Assembly: GCA_964569295.1 (NCBI GenBank)
Contig: CAZMVU010000001.1
Location: forward strand, 20,559 to 84,558
Direction: 5' to 3'
DNA length: 64,000 nucleotides
From: an uncultured Nitrospirales bacterium
Lineage (GTDB): Bacteria > Hydrogenedentota > Hydrogenedentia > Hydrogenedentales > JAGMZX01
Shown one piece after another: positions 60,718 through 64,000 of the stretch (positions are counted from its first letter, which is position 1; each line of letters opens with the position of its first letter). The translations under genes were made by a program, and so were the position numbers. The notes under the pieces were generated by a model. It ran no database searches. It worked only from the letters and a program-made list of their open reading frames with translations, and had not been told where the DNA came from.

Positions 60718-62937
60718 GTGCATGTGCCGTCCCTTCAGTTGACGCACGAGGTTCTTGTATTCCTCGCGTGACAAGGGCCGGTGGCCGAAGCGCACGTCGT
60801 TGTAGATACGCAGGGCGTTCATGGCTGGCGCCAGCGTAAAGCCGTCCCCCGCCTCGAGCGCCTCCTGCACTTCCTCTGCGGTTTTGGCGCCGCTGCCCGC
60901 GCTGCGCTGGTCCAGTTTTCGCAGAGTGTACTGGTAAAGGCGTACGGCACGCGCCTGGTCCGCCGTGAGGGTGTAGCGGCGGTGGGGCGTGCGGCGGCGC
61001 AGGTATACCACGAGCCCGACAAAAGCGGCGAGCGCCATTCCGAGCAACACCATCGCCGGTAATCGCCGGGACAGCCCACGCACCAGTTCCCGCTGTTCCG
61101 CCGTATCGCTGCCGGTTTCCACCCTGTCACCGCTGCCGAAGAGCCGCAGTGCAATCTCGCGCAGGCGGCTAATCTCGAAGCCGCTCTCGTAGCCGATGAT
61201 GTTTTGGTACCAGAACATCTTCATGTCGAGGGCGATGCGGGACAAGGTGCTCATGACACGCTGCATACCGTAGAGTGCGGGATCCACCCGGGGCGATGGG
61301 TCGACTACGACCCAACCATGTCCGAGGAAGTAGACCTCGGGCCAAAGATGCGCGTCGGAAGCGCGCACAATGTACGAGCCGCTGCTTTCATCCCACTCGC
61401 CACCGCGGAAACCCGTCACCACACGCGCGGGAATCCCCTGGCTGCGCAACATGAGCGCCAAGGCGCTGCCGAATAGCTCACAATGCCCGCGCCGGACCTC
61501 CGTTACGAAGTCGTCCACAGGGTGTATCGGCGAAAGGGCCGGCAGGTCCGTCGTGTACAGGAACGTATCGCTGCTAAGCCACTGCCGCACGGCCTCGACC
61601 TTCTCGTACACCGTGTCCGCACCCGCCATGATTTCTTCGGCCAAAGACACGGTGGCGGGTTCGAGGTCGTGCTGGGTCAGTACGTCATAATCCTCCTGGG
61701 ACAACACGAGTTCGTAGTCGTGCGAGGCGTTACGGAGCTCGTCCGGCTTGGGCTCAGCCACCTCGGAGAATACTTCGTAGGTAAGCCGCCGGGAACCGCG
61801 CGTTTCGAGAAGGACGGTAAAATCGTTGTGGTCATCCCAACTCAGGCGCATACCGCTGGGCTCCCCCACGATGCGCACCTCGCGCACCAGGTCCAGGCAC
61901 GGCAATCCCTGTTCGGGCACGGAATCCATGTAGATTTCCTGGCGCACCGTCCGCCGGCCTTCCACCGGTGCCCGCGCCAGTTCCTGGGGTGGCGAGTGGC
62001 CATCCCGCAATTTGGCACGCCGGAAAGGGGTAACCGTCGCCTCGGCAGTCGGTTCGAGGTGGTCTTTCAAAGCGCGCCGCCGCCACCCGCCGCTCCGGTA
62101 TTCATTGTGGGTTGTGGTGCGCCAGTACTGGCGGCCGCCATAGAACCCCGTTTCGATATCCGGAAACTCGACATGCATCACCGCAGTGCGATCCTGTTGA
62201 ATGAAAGCGTCGCCACGCAGGCTCACCTGATCGGTGAGGCCGGTCCGGCGTAAATCCGGCGATTCGTCCCGCCCAAAGAGTCCCGCTTCGATGCGTGGTG
62301 TCACGACGAAGAGTAACGCATTGCACAGAAGTACGGCCACTGATAATACGGCAATGGACAGGCCCACATGCCAGTCGGGGCGCCGCGCCGCCGCTTCCGT
62401 GCTTCCGGTGAACAAGCCATTCTCGCCCCCCCCAGGCATCAGTGCGAGAGAAGCCTGGGCGTGCTGGTGAGTTTCGAATTCCAGGCGGAGCGCTGCCAGT
62501 GCCCACACACTGCTCACGACAAACAAGAGCAGCACCAGGCCGATCTCCGGTTCCGGCGCCTGCACCGCGGCCGTAAGCAGGAGAAAGAAGGCCATGAGGT
62601 AGAGGTGGTAGTAATTCCTCGACGTCTTCACGTGGAGGAGTGTGTGCGCCTGTATGAAGATGACAAGGGCGACGAGCGCGTTAATTTGGCCCAGCGTGAT
62701 ATAGGTGTAGGGGATGAAAAACAAGTAGGCTATCTGGAGCGCACGGGTGATATGCCGATACACGGGATACGAACGGTCCAGTCTTTCACCCAGGGGCATC
62801 AGCGCGAACAAAAGGAGCGGCACAGCCAAGAGGCCCATGCCGTAGTCATTCACCGTCACGAGGGCGAGATAGCCCGCGAGCACGATCAGAATCGTGGCCA
62901 GGCGCAAACTGCGCGATTCCCACCTAAGCCTAGGCAT
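60703..62937 (-). CDS. TgpA-like membrane transglutaminase (multi-TM N-domain + transglutaminase-like core)
   Basis: Start at Met 62937 (MPRLRWESRS), overlapping the DUF58 stop by 8 nt. ~6 TM helices. Core GHCELFGSALALMLRSQGIPARVVTGF...DAHLWPEVYF...VVVDPSP. Confidence 0.8.
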   Translation of the reverse strand: MPRLRWESRSLRLATILIVLAGYLALVTVNDYGMGLLAVPLLLFALMPLGERLDRSYPVYRHITRALQIAYLFFIPYTYITLGQINALVALVIFIQAHTLLHVKTSRNYYHLYLMAFFLLLTAAVQAPEPEIGLVLLLFVVSSVWALAALRLEFETHQHAQASLALMPGGGENGLFTGSTEAAARRPDWHVGLSIAVLSVAVLLCNALLFVVTPRIEAGLFGRDESPDLRRTGLTDQVSLRGDAFIQQDRTAVMHVEFPDIETGFYGGRQYWRTTTHNEYRSGGWRRRALKDHLEPTAEATVTPFRRAKLRDGHSPPQELARAPVEGRRTVRQEIYMDSVPEQGLPCLDLVREVRIVGEPSGMRLSWDDHNDFTVLLETRGSRRLTYEVFSEVAEPKPDELRNASHDYELVLSQEDYDVLTQHDLEPATVSLAEEIMAGADTVYEKVEAVRQWLSSDTFLYTTDLPALSPIHPVDDFVTEVRRGHCELFGSALALMLRSQGIPARVVTGFRGGEWDESSGSYIVRASDAHLWPEVYFLGHGWVVVDPSPRVDPALYGMQRVMSTLSRIALDMKMFWYQNIIGYESGFEISRLREIALRLFGSGDRVETGSDTAEQRELVRGLSRRLPAMVLLGMALAAFVGLVVYLRRRTPHRRYTLTADQARAVRLYQYTLRKLDQRSAGSGAKTAEEVQEALEAGDGFTLAPAMNALRIYNDVRFGHRPLSREEYKNLVRQLKGRHMHSAAE

Positions 62938-63982
62938 ACACCACCTCCCGCGGATCGAGCACCCGCCGGCTGCTTCCATGCCGCGCGCCCCACTCGCTGG
63001 GATCGGGGGAGACGTGCACCGCGTTCGCCCAGGGGACATCAAGGCTGCGCACCGCATAGTCCGGTTCGAAGTCCGTATCGGGCGCGGCGGGCTCCAACCG
63101 GGCCAGGGTATCGAGCAGGCGGTTTTCATGGGCGACCCCCTCGCCGCCCTCAAGCTTCGTCCCCGGCGCGAGAAATGCCACGTTGTAATGGCGGCGCAAC
63201 AAACTCACCGCAAGCGAAGCCACGATTTCGATAGCTTCCTCGAAGCGCTCGTCAAACTCGGGCACATCGGGGCGATCGCGTGTGTCAAGCACGAAGATGA
63301 CGTAGCGCGAGCGCTCCCGCGTCATCTCACGCACCACCCACGTACCTACCCGCGCACTCACTTTCCAGGCAATGCGGCGCAGATCATCGCCCACGACATA
63401 CTCGCGCAGCGTGTGAAATTCATCACCGTCCCCCGAGGCAGCCGCGGCTATCTGTCCCCCCGAGCTGAATTGGGCTACTGAGGCGGCGCGTACGGAATGG
63501 ACCTGCGGGTATACGAGTACCTCGGCATCATCGCGCAGGCGGAAGGTGCGTTCATGCAGGCCGAAGGGATAGCTGCACACCAGATCGTAAGGTGGCACCT
63601 GATACACGCCGCGCCGGGGGAATACCTCGCGGATATTTACCTCCGCCGCACGGCCTGCCGGCAGACTGCGCACGAAACCGGTAACCTGTCCACGCCGTTC
63701 GCTGTTTTCGATGTGGATGCCAAAGGCGGGCGTCAGGCGGCGGGTATTCTCGAGGCGCACCCGTACCCAAAACGGCTCACCCCGGTGAACGGCATGGGGC
63801 GATTCGCGCCGCATGAGTATACCGCGCAGGCTGAAAAAGCGCGTCCACACATAGGAAATGATCTGGAAGCTCACCAAGGTACCAAAGATGATGTAGAGTA
63901 ACTGGTTGCCCGTGTTCCACGCTGCCGCCAGGGCCAGCACCGTCATGAACATAAAGGCCAGGCCGGCAAACAGGACGCGCAT
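62930..63982 (-). CDS. DUF58 (vWA-like) protein of MoxR-DUF58-TgpA type operons
   Basis: Two N-terminal TM helices. Hallmark GDGDEFHTLREYVVGDDLRRIAWKVSAR. Immediately upstream of and overlapping the TgpA-like gene. A MoxR ATPase is expected further upstream, outside the window. Confidence 0.8.
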   Translation of the reverse strand: MRVLFAGLAFMFMTVLALAAAWNTGNQLLYIIFGTLVSFQIISYVWTRFFSLRGILMRRESPHAVHRGEPFWVRVRLENTRRLTPAFGIHIENSERRGQVTGFVRSLPAGRAAEVNIREVFPRRGVYQVPPYDLVCSYPFGLHERTFRLRDDAEVLVYPQVHSVRAASVAQFSSGGQIAAAASGDGDEFHTLREYVVGDDLRRIAWKVSARVGTWVVREMTRERSRYVIFVLDTRDRPDVPEFDERFEEAIEIVASLAVSLLRRHYNVAFLAPGTKLEGGEGVAHENRLLDTLARLEPAAPDTDFEPDYAVRSLDVPWANAVHVSPDPSEWGARHGSSRRVLDPREVVYA

Positions 63983-64000
63983 CTTTGCGCGGCGCGTGCT

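Overview
High-GC (~63-65%) bacterial chromosomal segment. Almost the whole window is coding, with long spurious antisense ORFs typical of GC-rich DNA. Taxonomy is tentatively a Planctomycetes/Verrucomicrobia/Kiritimatiellae-like (PVC) organism. The hints are a membrane protein with a Planctomycete-type cytochrome c (CxxCH) domain, a HEAT/PBS-lyase repeat protein, an FG-GAP/VCBS protein, a membrane-anchored sulfatase-fold enzyme and many secreted glycoside hydrolases (GH2, GH10, BNR sialidase-like, clan GH-A-like lipoprotein).

Housekeeping genes recognised with high confidence: pyrG, glgB, secA, prfA, rpmE, leuA, hflX, recR, def, dnaA, pdxA. The dnaA upstream region carries three DnaA-box-like 9-mers in direct orientation with 11-bp phasing, so it is a candidate oriC/dnaA control region. 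Other identifiable content: a tandem pair of lipopolysaccharide-kinase-family genes; amylosucrase next to glgB; an ABC transporter operon ending in yjbQ; a bpt (ATE-family) transferase; NUDIX, ABM, HAD, GNAT, redoxin, MtfA-like peptidase and MazG-like genes; a Tat-exported Gfo/Idh/MocA oxidoreductase; and a partial TgpA-DUF58 operon at the right edge.

Most unusual items:
(i) Three tandem, diverged paralogous genes encoding N-terminally membrane-anchored proteins of unknown function (51033-54650).
(ii) A module of secreted trypsin-like protease-TPR fusion, Hanks Ser/Thr kinase with an extracytoplasmic domain, and a secreted protein combining a degenerate thioredoxin-like domain, TPR-like region and CsgG/LpoB-like domain (41555-46660).
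(iii) A 63-nt noncoding element present twice (9111-9173 and 28009-28071) with 87% identity and no indels. The second copy sits in a ~470-nt gene-free region beside a near-perfect 17-bp stem hairpin.

No CRISPR arrays, rRNA/tRNA genes, transposases or obvious defence-island genes were seen.
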